64,000 nt of DNA from contig JAHRHZ010000289.1 of the NCBI GenBank assembly GCA_024137785.1, positions 29,059,511 to 29,123,510 of the forward strand, written 5' to 3'. Made by a program: the position numbers and the translations under genes. This document shows positions 1-13,237 of this stretch, one piece after another (positions within the stretch are counted from its first letter, which is position 1; each line of letters begins with the position of its first letter). The stretch comes from Ginglymostoma cirratum (Eukaryota). The notes below the pieces were generated by a model that worked only from the letters and a program-made list of their open reading frames with translations, did not search any database and was not told the origin of the DNA.

Positions 1-214
1 ATTAGGAATTTTTTTTAACCATCCTTCTAACAGACTGAGGGGAAAAGTGATCTTCTCTGGGTATTTTGGAGATAATTACGAGAAGGGGAACTTCTAATCC
101 CATCATAGTAGACTGGGGCTTCTGTTTTAGTTTAATGACTAGATGGGTTTGACCATTCCCTGTTGGAACAGTAGGAAAATTCCTTTGCAGAGGACACAGG
201 AAACTTGAAGAACC

Positions 215-955
215 ACAGACTGAATGGCAGATAGAATATAATGTGGCTACATATGAAGTTACTCACATAAGCAAGAAGAATTTGTTTCAGAAAGCAAGGT
301 ATTACTTGAGAACAACTGCAGAATTTTGAGGTGCAGCATGATAAATGTGTTCTTGTGCAGAAATCTCAAAAGGTTAGTATGAAGGTACAACATTCAATTA
401 ATGTGAATGGAAAGCTGCCTTTTTACAGGGAGAACTTTGCCTTAAAATTTAAGGTTGTTTTTGTTTCACTTATTTGAGCATTGAGACCACATCTTGAATA
501 TTGCGTTTAGTTTTTGTTTCCTTTGTCTATGGAGTGATGTAAATATGTTGGAAATGATTGAGGCTGAAACCTGGAATGAGCAGGTTGGCTTATGAAGAAA
601 ATTTGGGACCCATCTTGATTTTGCTGGAGGTTAGTGAAGAGTGATTTGATTCAAGTGTAGAAGATCCTGAACAGTTTGTTTTTACTAAGTAGGCTTGGAA
701 AGGTTCTTTCCTCTTATTGAAGTACAGAATTAGAGGTTGTACTTTTACTATAGAGATGAGGACTTTTTAATCCTCTTAGAGGATTGTGCAACTTCAGTAT
801 TCTCTGCCTCCAAGAAGGTTGAGACATTTAATATTTTGAAGGCCGATAGATATAAAGGGAGTCAATGTTATGGTCAGTGGAAATGGGGCATTCAAAAAGC
901 AGATTAACTCTAATGTTAGAGGACAGAGCAAGCTCAAGGGCCTGAACATTGTGCT
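215..955 (+). mobile_element. Decayed CR1 LINE, 3' part of ORF2 and 3' UTR
   Basis: Degenerate codons for CR1 RT C-terminal motifs: WQMEFNVxKCEV (gaatggcagatagaatataatgtgg) and RPHLEYCVQFW (agaccacatcttgaatattgcg); many stops and indels. Confidence 0.75.
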
Positions 956-999
956 TATGCTCTTAATTTGAATGTGTGTGTGTGTTCGCAACTGTTGGG

Positions 1000-1205
1000 A
1001 CTCCCCTATCTGCTCCACCCTTCCCACTGACCAAACACAGTAATCCCCTACCTGCATCCACCTATCTCCATCTACCCACCCTCCCTGTATTTATTTCTAG
1101 TCTCCCCTCCCCTTCCCATCCTTGACAAAGGGTTTTGACCTGGAATGTTAACTTTCCTGATCCTCTGATGCTGTCTGACCTACTGTGCTTTACCTGCTTC
1201 ACGTT
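1000..1205 (+). mobile_element. Old PLE 3' terminal fragment with degenerate hammerhead
   Basis: C-rich tract, then gacaaagggttttgacctggaatgttaactttcctgatcctctgatgctg, homologous to the terminus at 33241-33328. Confidence 0.7.
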
Positions 1206-1639
1206 TATTGACATGGGCCTCAAGAGACTAGAAATTAGCATTCTAAAGCTTTTATCAAATTATGCAGCAACTAATATAACTGCACTATTTAGAAAGGATA
1301 AAGTGGCACACCTGGGAACCATTGGCCTGTATTTGTAACATTTGCCATTGGGATTATCTTACTAAAGGTCTTTTAAATTGAACAAACATGTGGTAAAGTG
1401 TGACATACTGAGAAATTTTCAGCATGTTCTCAACAAAAGGAGGTCAAGTCTAACTAACCTACTTGTTTTTTTTTCTGGAAAAGCTTTCTGATATAACAAG
1501 GCTACACAGTTGGATATTCTTAGTTTGTGAAACAATTTGCAATTCAAAAATAAATATTGCACTGAAAAAGTTATTTAAGCCATCAAATTGCAAGTTGTTA
1601 ACCAGAGTTTTTTTTCTTTACAAGGGTAGTTCATATGTG

Positions 1640-1820
1640 GCGTTAACTTCAGAGGAAGTGGTGGATGTGGGCACAGTTATGATCTTTAAAAGACACTTCG
1701 GTATACGTGAACGTGAAAGGTTTGGAGGGATGTGGGCCAGGAGCAGGTAGGGGAACTAGTCTAGTTTGGGATTATGTTTGGCATGGACTAGTTGGAGAAA
1801 AGTCTCTTTCTGTGCTGCTT
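1640..1820 (+). mobile_element. CR1 LINE 3' end fragment
   Basis: gaagtggtggatgtgggcacagttatgatctttaaaagacac...tctgtgctg, typical CR1 3' end. Confidence 0.6.
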
Positions 1821-3222
1821 GACACTCTGAGGGCCTCAAATCACCACATTGGAATTTGCCCAATTTCAAGTGAGCTTATTGCCATGCAATCTGCCTGATA
1901 GGCCATTCTCAGGGCAGGAGGTCATGGGCATGGGTGGTCAGAGCCTGATCAAGGAACTAGACATACAGCAGTGTCACACCTGAGAATTCTTCACCCTCCT
2001 TCCTGTGAATGCCAGCACCAGAAACCCCACAACAATATCTGTAGCCCATAGTCTTCCATTGATAACCTAACAGGCTAAATAATGGGATACAATGTAACCA
2101 AGTTGAGGTGATACTACACTCAATGAATCTGTATTGTGCCATTTTAAAAATGATAATTCTAAGAATTTTTAAAACCTTTATTTGCTGAAATCTTTTCATT
2201 CTTTCTTGAGAGCTATTTCTTCCATTGAGTCCTGTGGAGTTGGGTAATTTAACAATGTTATGCAATTGAGTCCATATGATAAATAAAGCCAAGGTTCATA
2301 TTAATCATACACATCTCCTTCCTGAATTTGGGTCACCAGTGAGGAGCTGCTGTCAGCAGGCACTGAAAATAGCATACAGGTCATGGTGACAGCTCTCGTA
2401 CACTGCAGCTGTTACTTAAAGTTCATTCATGCTTGGCAAAACTAGAAATAGTGGGCCATGGCCTGGACTTCTTGCACAAACAGCTCCAAAGAAGTGCAGC
2501 AAAGAAAAGGTGGCCTCCTTGAGATTTCAGGCCATCATTAACCACAAACCCTCCATCCAATCTTCTTGCAAGTCTGGATCTTCTGATCATAAGAGTTAAC
2601 GCATGAGCTATTTAGCAACCTGAGACACCAAGCCAGTATGACCTTTTTTAAGACAATTTTTCTTTCTAAAAAAAAAAGCTGATCAGAAATGAGATGAAGG
2701 GTCCACATGGCTGTAAGAGCACAGGTGGAATGAGACTTTGATCCATCCCTCACTGAAGTGAAGGTCCAGCTGTCTGTTGCTAGCTGACCTGACTGGTTGG
2801 TATCTGCACAGTCTCAGTAGTGGATAGTGCTAGGACTACAGACAGTACCATAGCCAGCTAAGGATCCTTCAGTGAATTTCATCTGGGATATTGGGTGGGG
2901 AGGAATTGCTAATCTCCCAAAGGATATGGGGTGAGGGAGAGAAGTTGGAATATGTTTTGGAGAGCAGGTGATTAGGAAGGAAGTGAGCTACTATTTTTAG
3001 GGGTGGGAGGAATGTCCTCATGAGCAACGGGCACTCCTAGCAGCATAAAAAGCTCTTCTCATGATTCAAAAACCTTATGAAAATAGGTTGCCCATGCTAG
3101 CCATAGTTGAGCATGTATAGTGTATTACCAAAGACAAGTAAGCTTTTAACAAGCTTAATTCGGTGCAAACTCTGCTGATTTCAAGGCCCATATGCCCTTT
3201 GCTTTATATGGATGAGGTGTGG

Positions 3223-4981
3223 CAGCCCAGCATTATGTGGACTGAAAGTGCCATGCAGATCAAGAGGGTGCCTTAAAGGGGAAGAGATTTTAGAAAACTA
3301 GGTTGCTGTGCATGAGTTGCAGAGCCTTCGATGGTGATGTACAGGACCTGAAGTGAAGATGGTGGGCTTGCCACACTGCCTATTTTACATGTCCACCAAC
3401 CAAAGCCATGCTTGGCAAAAGAGGGGAGACAATAGCCTAGTGGTGTTATCACTGGACTGTTAATCCCGATCCCTAGATAGCATTCTGGGGACCTGGGTTT
3501 GAATCCTGCCATGGCAGATGGTGGAATTTGAATTCGATAAGTATATTTGGAATTAAGAATCTAATGGTGACAGTGAATCCATTGTCGATTGCTGGAAAAT
3601 GCCATCTGGTTCACTAATGTCCTTTAGGGAAGGAAACTGCCATCCCTGTCGCATCTGGCCTAAATGTGACTCCAGACCCAAAGCAATGTGGTTGACTCTT
3701 AACTGCCTTCTGGGCAATTAAGGATGAGCAATAAATGCTGCTCTAGCCAGTGATGTCCTCGCCTCATGAATAAAAAAAATTAGTAAAGCACAGAAGATGG
3801 CTAGTCAGCCCATGATACTGCTGTTGATTCCCAAAACAGAAATTCTGATTCTCTTGTTCTTTTTCTCATTTCTCTTCCCTGAAAGAGAGATCAGGGGTCT
3901 CTTACCCTCTTGGAAAATCCCTGGCCGAACAGAAACATCTGTAGCCCATAGTTAGCAAACAATAAGCTAACAGGAAGGCTAAAATAATGGGATGTAATGT
4001 GAAATAATGGGGAACAATGCTCTTGTTTCTTTTAATTTTCTTTATGTAGTTATTTATATCCTCCTTTTAAAAATTGCAATGCTTTCTGCTTCCAATGCAT
4101 TTCTATTCGGGCATCCCATGTCCCACAGCATTAAAAACCTGATATTTGTACCTCTTGTGGTCTGTATTTCCAAGAGGAAACCATCTGAGTATCATTGTTT
4201 CTTACTGTCATAACTGTATTAGTTTGAATTATGAATACCACTGCACAGAAACAGCCTGTTTGATCTTCAAGTCTGTCACTGAATTTTCTCCATATGAACC
4301 ACTTTGTCTAATTACACATTTGCTTGCTTAAACATCTTTTAATATTTCCCTTTTTCAAGCAATTATCCAATTCCACTTTTAAAGAGCTTGTATTCTACTT
4401 AACAATTGCCCAGAGTTCTACCATGGGATGGCCAAGTTGCCCGCCTATTTCCAGCGATATGTCCTATTGACATGCAAATTGGGATCATATGAATTAATGG
4501 TATATCACTTACCAACAAGGAGAACTGTACAGCTTCTGACCAGGGTCATTGGTGGTAAAACTGGAAAGGTCCTGCAATGTCATTTTAAACCACTTCTGAA
4601 GACTCATGCCTCCTCCCACAATTTCCTGTGCTGTTGGGTGCACTGGAATCTTCCACCAGTGACTCCCTCGCATGTTTTAACTAAAGGGCTTAATTTACTG
4701 CAAGTCTGACCAATATTGCATCAGCCATAAACTGAGTTACATCAAGTTGCCTGTTGGGCTGTGACAATTTCCTGATGCATTCAGGGAACATCTGCCTCAA
4801 AATGGCTCTGTTTGCTTTGATTTTTAAGATTCAAAATATAACCTACTTTACTTCAGGTCCTGTACATCACCATTGAAGGGTCTGCAACTCATCCACAGCA
4901 ACCTAGTTTTCTAAAATCCTTTTTCCTCTTTAAGACACCCTCCTGATCTGCATGGCACTTTCAGCCCTCAATGCTGGGCTG
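3223..4981. repeat. Inverted repeat pair of about 135 bp (arms about 3223-3359 and 4846-4981)
   Basis: ctgaaagtgccatgcagatcaagagggtg...gtacaggacctgaag is the reverse complement of cttcaggtcctgtac...caccctcctgatctgcatggcactttcag. Confidence 0.9.
3423..3779 (+). mobile_element. tRNA-derived SINE, full length (family A)
   Basis: A box tagcctagtgg, B box ggtttgaatcc, 3' tail gcaataaatgct...atgaataaaaaaaa; paralogs at 24026, 30100 and 62735. Confidence 0.9.
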
Positions 4982-5569
4982 GCACAAGTCAGTAGATATT
5001 TCACATGCATGACTAACTAGACTTGATTCAAGAAAATAGGTGGACTTGTAGTGAAATATTTAAGCTAATAAAAAGGAGCTGCAAAACCAATACTGGATGT
5101 TAAGGTAAAAGTAACCAATGTACTGTGAGTCTGTCACAATGATTCCATTTATTTCAAAGGAACATACTCACCCCAAACACTCTGGTCAGTTCTTCAAATG
5201 CCCACTACCCTTTCAAAAAAACCTTTACATGCAAGCACAGAAGATATGAAACCTGTCCTTTTGCCTCCTCACACTTTGCCATCTGGGACCCCAAACATAT
5301 TTTGCAGATGGAAGTGTGCATTCTTTGTATTTTCAATTTTACCTCCTGTGTTCATTGCAGATTGAGTGATCATTTTGCCGTGTACTTCTATGCAGTCTGT
5401 AAACACGACCTTGAGTATCTGTTTACTTGCTGTTTTAGCTCTTTGTTCCATTCTAACAATTATTTCTCTGTCCTTGGTCTCGAATGTTTCAATGAAGCTT
5501 AATGGAAATATGAGAAACTGCATTTTACCTTTCAATTAGGTAACCTCTTGTCTATACTCTGGACTTAGC

Positions 5570-5752
5570 GCTTTATTGTCATTTAATCACTCTTGCTTGC
5601 ACCATATCACAAACCTTGCCTTTCGTTATTACTTACCATCTCCCTTTTCTTAGCTAATGTATTTCTAACTTATTCCAGTTCTGATGACAGGTTATTGACC
5701 TGAAAAACATGATGCTGCTTGACCAACTGAGTGTTTCCAAGGTTTTCTCTTT
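5570..5752 (+). mobile_element. Ancient PLE terminal fragment
   Basis: ttctgatgacaggttattgacctgaaa (hammerhead-like core) followed by gatgctgcttgacc. Confidence 0.55.
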
Positions 5753-7034
5753 TCGTAGTTGTCCTAATATTCAGCAAAATTCAGAGTTTGATTTTATTTG
5801 TCTTTTGTACACTTTGATTCTGAATATGTTGACTGTCAACAAAGACCCATAATTGGTGACCTGTGCTGAGATATTAGGCTGGAACATGACATTTCCTGCT
5901 CTCCCCTGAATTCTGCAGTTCCTTAAAGGTTTTTTCATCTTTAGCACAAGATGTTTTCTCAAACTGGCAAGATTAAGGATGTAGCAGCCTTTGAGGAATA
6001 ATTTCATCTGGAAAGTATGAATATTTCATATCACATGTCTAGAATCAGAGACTACCTACTGTTTTTATTCTAATTTCTCAATTTAAGCAAAGATCATATT
6101 TCTGCTGGTTGTGACTTTGGGAGGTTGAATCCCATGCACACAGTTATTAGGTCACCTTTATCATCTCATCTGTCAGTTACAACTCTAAGGATTACCTTCA
6201 TAGAACCGTGCATCTTTTTTATGTTATGCTTTCAAAATACCTTCTGCAGTTGTGTAATTTTAGTTGGATTCAAAAAGCACTGCCCCACTTTTTTGTGTCA
6301 ATAGTTTCAAGTTGACTAGCTTGATCTGAATTTTAATTCTTTACTGTGTTCACATTTTTAGAATACAATTAATTTCACACAAGTCTTGTAATTATGGTTT
6401 CCTGGCTGTTGTTGTGTAAATATCAACTGTCTAGACTTTTCTCTATTAATCTGGCTTCAACGAGATGGGTTTTTTTGGTATGCCTTCTCTTCTATGTTCA
6501 AAGAAACTGTATATAAGCGATTTGTATCTGAGACCACTTGTTTTCAAAATCCATTACAAATAAATCAATACTTTCTCCTTCAGGTTAATATCTCTCAGAC
6601 ATATTAAACAGGAGTCTTTCATAACATTCTTGAGATGAAAAATATTCTTCAACATAGTCCATTAGTATTTTTATTTTCCATCTATTCTCCATCACTGTAT
6701 GCACATATTGGACTAAATATTTGTTCATGTGGCATAGATTCAAAGTAATGCTACATAGATTATGTCAAATCCCCCTGGCAGAAGTGCCACCAACTGATGG
6801 CTAATAACGACAATTCATTGTCGTTATTAATGGAAATGTCCTCTTAGGTTTCATAGGTGTAAGTCAATGGTATTGCCTGCTTTGGGGGAATTGACAGAGT
6901 TGATATAGCATTGCATAAATATTTAGCCCATTGTCACCTCTACTAGTTCCTCGCATACTGCTCTGTATTTTGGAGTAGTGTTCTCTGCATCAAAGCATGA
7001 TCCAAGTTGTAACTAGGTTTAAACAATTTACAAG

Positions 7035-7132
7035 TAGAGAAAAGAAAATGTTGGAAGCCTCAGCAGGTCTGGTAACATCTGTGGAGAGGCAAACACTTAA
7101 TATTTTAAGTCCGATGTGACCCTTCTTCAGAA
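7035..7132 (-). mobile_element. Ancient PLE terminal fragment
   Basis: cagcaggtctggtaacatctgtggagagg...cccttcttcagaa (reverse complement has ttctgaagaaggg). Confidence 0.55.
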
Positions 7133-7228
7133 TACTTCTACCCCACAGTATTTTGACTTATCTTTCGAACTTCCCTGGCAACCACCTAACACATGCTTGA
7201 GTCCCTGACATATGAAAATAAGAGATCT

Positions 7229-7376
7229 TGACGTTTCGGGCCTAAACCTGATGAAGGGTTTAGGCCCGAAACGTCAAGTTTTCCTGCTCCTATGATGCTG
7301 CTTGACCTGCTGTGTTCATCCAGCCCCATGCTTGTTATCTCGGATTCTCCAGCATCTGCAGTACCATTTTATCTCC
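7229..7376 (+). mobile_element. Young PLE terminal unit with short 5' fold-back and 14-bp TSD
   Basis: TSD aaaataagagatct at 7215-7228 and 7377-7390; 22-bp inverted copy 7227-7248 pairs with 7257-7278; core ctgatgaagggtttaggcccgaaacgtc. Confidence 0.92.
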
Positions 7377-8899
7377 AAAATAAGAGATCTATTGTGTTCA
7401 GGCCCCCTCATCAAATTTAATCTGGTCAGCCTCATTTGGAATCCTTCAACATTCACTGTGCCCTTAGCATATCTTTAAGTAACTGAAAAGTAATTATGAA
7501 CCATGAGCGCAGTGTGAAGCCTGTATATATCCTCTTTAATACAAGATTGACCTCAATATCCAAAGCAAAAGGAATATTTACCCAATGGCAACCATAAACA
7601 GAAATGTGTTTTTCTGGAACAGCTCACTACATGCCTTAGACATTAAGCCAAGCACTGACGCTCTCAAATTCCCTTTGGACTGTGTGTGAAATTCACTGTT
7701 TTCACTAAGTAGATGGTATTCAATAGATATACTGCAATTAGTGTGTTCTGTTTACTAAACTCCTTGAGGGTTGTTTTATATGTACAGCACATTGTTGATA
7801 TTGTTAAAGTTGATTGAAGTTGTGTCTGAAGGGAATCTGGTGGTTAGAACGAAATGTGGTATGTTTGGCACAATTCCTAAATAATCACACAAGGATTTGC
7901 TTTTAATCAAAGTGTGTAATTGTGTTTAAGATGATGGCAAGTATGTTCCAACAAGAAAGCAGACAAAGTTTGATTAGGTTAAAAAGAATGGGCTAATCTC
8001 TGTTTACAACTTGCACTGATTTTATTGTTAAGCGTTCATGTATTTACCAGATCCTTAAATGTTGATTCATAGTTCAATTTTGTTATTTTCTACATAGGCA
8101 AATTGTTCCACTTAGTATATGACTGCCTATGGAATCCTTGTCATCATCCTGAAATCCTATGGAGTTATCCTGATCTACCTTCATAACTTCACAACTGTCA
8201 GAACTCGTATGGTAACCTCTATGGAATTGGTACAAACTAAAGAGCTTGTGGGTAGTGGAAGTATCTGGAAGAGGAAAGATGAGTGGAAAAGCTGGCTGAA
8301 AGGTGAAATCTTGGGCTGGCCTGCAATTCTCAGTAAGCCATTATTCACAGCCTCCTGAGAAAGGGCAATTATGAATGTGTGGGCACTGGCATGCCAGTCT
8401 GTCCGACTGTGGTGCTCAGGTATCTAATGATTTGTAATCCTCAAATTTGCCAGCAATGTGGGTCAGGGCAACAAGACGACCTGCATCATCCCCAGACATC
8501 CTCATAGTTGCACACGGCTAGCTGTGGAGCTCAACAAGCTGCAGGGAGGAGTGCCCGTCGCTCTGGAGTGGTGCTCAAGAAAACAGCCATGGGTTGCATG
8601 AATAAAGTGAACAAGAATCAGTAACATAGAATTAACTGCATTGCAAAGACATTTTCACTCTTCTGTATTCCTGAACCATGATCATACTATTTCTGAACTC
8701 TACATGTGGCAAAAATCAGCTGACCATTTCTGTCACAGAATCTAGAAATACTACAAAAACATAGTCTTGATCTATCACAACATATGGCATAAATGATCAT
8801 AAATATTTTGTGCTGTACTCAAACAGCTGTACTTTTTTAATACTTCCAGATGGTATTGAAACCAGCTCAAAATGTCGTGATTTAGTTGCAATTTGTGAA

Positions 8900-9400
8900 G
8901 CTTGAATTGTGGAAACTAAGGATGAGCTACCAACAAAACTAGGGGAAGTATTTAGGGATTTAGCAGAAAAGAAACAGCTTGAGAATGAAAAATGTACTTC
9001 CCTCATTTTAAAACAAAAAAGAAGCAGGGAGATCCAAATAACTATAGAGCAATTAGTCTGACAGCAGTACAAAATAAAATTCAGTAATTAATAATTAAGA
9101 AACAGAGGAGCATTAAGGGAGATATAATCCAATTGGCAAGTGTCACAATTGTTAATAAAAGGCAATTATTATCAGAATAGCTCAACAGAAATATAAAGAA
9201 AGTACATAAAAATGAAATGAGTGCACCTACATCTTCTTTTTCAATGTACTTGCTTTTTAAGTAAGACATCTGATCACCTATGTTATAGAAAAGTAGAATG
9301 AAGTCAACAGACATGGGATTGTGAGATCATGGAGATAACTGATCATTGACTAAGAGTTGGGAGATAATATTGGTGACTGGTGACTGCCAGATGGAAAATA
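8900..9400 (+). mobile_element. Very old CR1/L2-type LINE RT fragment
   Basis: ggagatccaaataactatagagcaattagtctgacagcagta encodes GDPNNYRAISLTAV, resembling the NYRPISLTS motif. Confidence 0.55.
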
Positions 9401-10751
9401 GATGAGCAGAAAATTAAATGGCCTCTGGGGCTTGCTCTGTCCTAATCTGGGCTTTAACTTGCCTTTTTGGGGAGGCCAGAAGAACACCTGCCAAAATCCA
9501 AGAGAATTTTGTTTAAAATATGCAGATGGGGTTCCAAAAACATTGAGTATCTAAGTATCATTTTAACTAGAGGCCTCTGAAGGGAAACAATAGTGACCAA
9601 TGTAGTGGAAAGAGGAGTGAAGCCAGAAAAAGCCCAGGCTATGTATGTCCTCAAACTGTCTCCCAAGTACTGCTGGAGTATTGGAAGATGCTGCACCACG
9701 TATTTGATAACTCACCTGTTGTCTAACTCTATACTGTTCACCCAACCTTGTAGGCTGCTGTTTCCCATTGAGTTTAGGCAAGATACTCCATGAAATTCTA
9801 GTTTGAAATATTGAAGCCTTTTCCATATCATTTGTACCTAATATTTTGGAAATAAATCATTGAAATAACCAAGAAAAACTATGCAGATAGCTTACATTAT
9901 TTCATAGGCTTTGCTCTATTCCATTTCTGTGAGAGTCAGATTAAATGCATGCTGAAAGTTTTGTTTTTCTTAAGGCACCAGAGAGCAAAGAGCCACCTAT
10001 ACAACAAGACTTAAGGAACAGCAGGGAAAATGGGGGAAAGTCATTGATAATGAGTAATGCTGATGCTTGAGTATTAAAAATTTGGCAGATTGTAGATGGT
10101 ACAAAATATCATGCAAAATCAAGATTTTCAGATGTGTTCTAAGGATGATGGCAGGGTGGGTGCAGTGAGAAAATGCATTGAAGAAGTAGGAACTGTGATG
10201 ACTTTTAATTCCATCGGAGAGAGCTGGCACACTAGCTGTAGTCAAAGTGCATTTGTAACCTAGGAAAATTAAGAACAGCATTTCAGGGGAATACCAGCTG
10301 TAGCAATACTGATTAAGTAGAGAAAAACAAAATGTTGAAGGCTGAAAGCAAGAGAGTTGATGATAAAATGCCAAACCTTTTCTCATATCCTGTCTGAGGG
10401 AGGAGGAAGGTGTTAATAGAAATTAGCTCTATGTTCCTGTTGATTTCGCTCATGAAAATGAGTGAAGGTGAAATGTAAAACTGGTTCAGTACTTTAAGTA
10501 GAGTATCTAAACTTGTTAAAGAATATTTTCATTATTCATGTTCCATTATTTTATAATTTAATGGTTGTACTCAAACAGTTACCTCAACATTGAGTGCCTT
10601 AGCAAGAATATCTCCTGGGATTTAGTACTGCATCAGACTGACAAAACAGTTCTTAGCTCCCACTTGTGTTTTGAGTGAGGGTGATCTCAACATGTAAGCA
10701 ATATTTGTAAACGATGTTTCATAATTATTACCAACACTTCAAATTTGGCTC

Positions 10752-10828
10752 TTAATTCAGTTTGTGCAGGAAACTATTTATTGAAATTGAAATTCAAAGC
10801 AATTATTCACTGCACAAAACTGAATTAA
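10752..10828. repeat. Imperfect 77-nt hairpin
   Basis: ttaattcagtttgtgcag ... ctgcacaaaactgaattaa are inverted arms (one indel), with partial inner pairing. Confidence 0.75.
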
Positions 10829-13237
10829 ATGTGTAAATGTATTACATTTGAACAGGCTGGAGTTCAGGCTAAAATATGACAAAGATTCACCATGGGAGCA
10901 AAATACTCAGAGTTGAATATTTAGTCACCCTCAATTGATTTAGAATGTCACAAGGTCAGCACAGGATTATTCCTTCTGAATGTCTGCAGTGTCCCAATGC
11001 AGCACACAAAATACACTGCATTGCAGAATCATAAACGTATTCCTCAGTTGGAGCTGAAATTACCATGCTATTTCTGCCATTATAACTGACAGCAAAAGGG
11101 CCACATATCACTACCAGCTACAGGCCTATATAATGGCATGTAACCCAAATAAAAAGAACTTTCAACCCTCTGATTCCTAAATGATTGAGAATATACAGTA
11201 ACCTATCTGAGTATGCAGTTCATTCTATGTAATTTCTCAGTGGACTCCTTGACTCATAATCCTTGGAATAAAGCATTGAGCTTTGGGGCCAATTTTTATC
11301 TTCCAAGCAATGTTAGAAAGATTGGAAGATTTGGGCCTAGAGCATAAATCAACTAAGCCACAGTGTTTCATTACAGCAACAGGCAATCTACCACACATAG
11401 GCATAGCTAGAAGTCCGAAGTCACTGTTAAAAGATAGGAGAGGTGCAACCGCAGAGGACCATAGTATTCTGAGAGGAGCATTCCCTTCTCTCACTCCTCC
11501 AAAATGACAGAATAATTTTTTTTTGGCATTGCTGCTACCAATCCCTCTAATGCCTGCTGATTAAGTCAGTCTCCTCCTGATTTAAATGGTGGAAAATACA
11601 TGGTGCAGGCTCCTCCTATTGATAACTGAAAATCTCTCATGGTGTAGGATTCTGGTTTTCAAATGCCAGTCTGTCTGTTTCATTTAGACATCTATAGTTA
11701 TGGGCTTGCATGGGCCTTGGAAATTAAAAGGGAAACCAAGGAGTCCAATCGTTTACCTAATTTGATGAAGAGATAGTCAACAATTTAATTTATCATTGAG
11801 GTTATCCAAGCTAAGTCCATTCCAGAGGTTAAGAGATATCAATCAGGATCCAATTTTGAAGCCAATTGTATGCTTAAACTGCTCTGGCTGAGATCAGCTA
11901 ATTTAACATTGATCAGGGATTGAAAAAATGAAATGTTCCTCGTCTATATGGTTAGCAACTAACTGAATAAACTTGCAGAGCACTGGGCTAGCGCCAACTC
12001 TCACAGTTTATATGCAGGTCGACAAGTTTCACTTCTGCTTAGGTACATGCATTGAAAAAAATGGCATTAAAAGTTGGGAATGATAAAAAATATGCAAAAG
12101 GGCCGTAAATTAAGTATATGACCAATGTGTTTAAAATAATGTAGAAATTTCATGAGGCTATAATTCCTTATTTATTACAAATGTTACTAAACGAAATCAT
12201 TTGTTAAATGAACGTATTAAAATTATAAGAAGAATTACTTCGAGACAATGAAGATATTCACTACAGAAGTTGCTTAGAGCAATATCACAACTAGTATGTT
12301 TATCCCAATAATAAGAATTTTTGTTTTATTGCCTGAAGCTGCATTGCTGAATGAGTAATCTAGAAATTTATGCTCGACAATAAAACCAGTACTCCACAAT
12401 CCTATCACAGCAGCTGAGGAATTTAACTTCACATAATGAAATAAATCTTGATCTTTTTTAAAAAAGCTAATATCAGTGAAGGTGACCATGGGCTGGATTT
12501 TACCAAAAAATGGCTGAGTGCTAATATCAAGAGGATTTCCCTGTGTGAGCCCTAGGAAGATCTCTCACTCAGTTTTACACTGGTCCCCTTATTATGTATG
12601 CAATATGTCACTATGCCACCTCACACAAAATATTGTGTGCCAAACCACAGCAGCAGTCTTGCCATTGCCAGGATCCTCCATGATTTTTCATTCTGGAGCC
12701 ATTTTAAAGCCCAGCTGTACACCAGGTCAAGCATTAACCTCCCTGAATAGCCCTTTCCAGTACACATACTGGGAGGGAAATGAAAAAGAAAATCTTTTGA
12801 GAGCACGTATGAGGCGTATGATGCTTCACTGCAAACATAAACTCGTTCCTAAATGTAATGATATTTTACATCATCACCAGTCAGAAGAACTGTCACTGTG
12901 CATGCAGTTTAAGTAATCAAATTGCACAGATATCCATTCTGAGCACCATATCATGTTAGAACCCTATCTAAATGCTACTCTCACCCTAATGTCCAGTCTA
13001 ACAGAACACCTACTTGTTGTTCAATGAGGAAACAGCACATGCTGAAAAGTTTCAAACAGTTGAAAACATTAACTGTCATTGAAAAACAACAAAAGTGAAG
13101 ATAAATGAAAAAAAAATGAGCTCCATTTGTTTCTGGAAAATAATAATGATCGCATGCCTTTTGAACAACAACAAATTTAAATAGAGAATGATCACTGCAC
13201 CCAGCTCACATCTAATGGAACCAAGTGTCAGTCAAGA

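Noticed and set aside
8098-8358. Possible exon after an acceptor-like ttttctacatag, and a 79-aa ORF
   Set aside because: No recognisable protein similarity and no consistent exon chain
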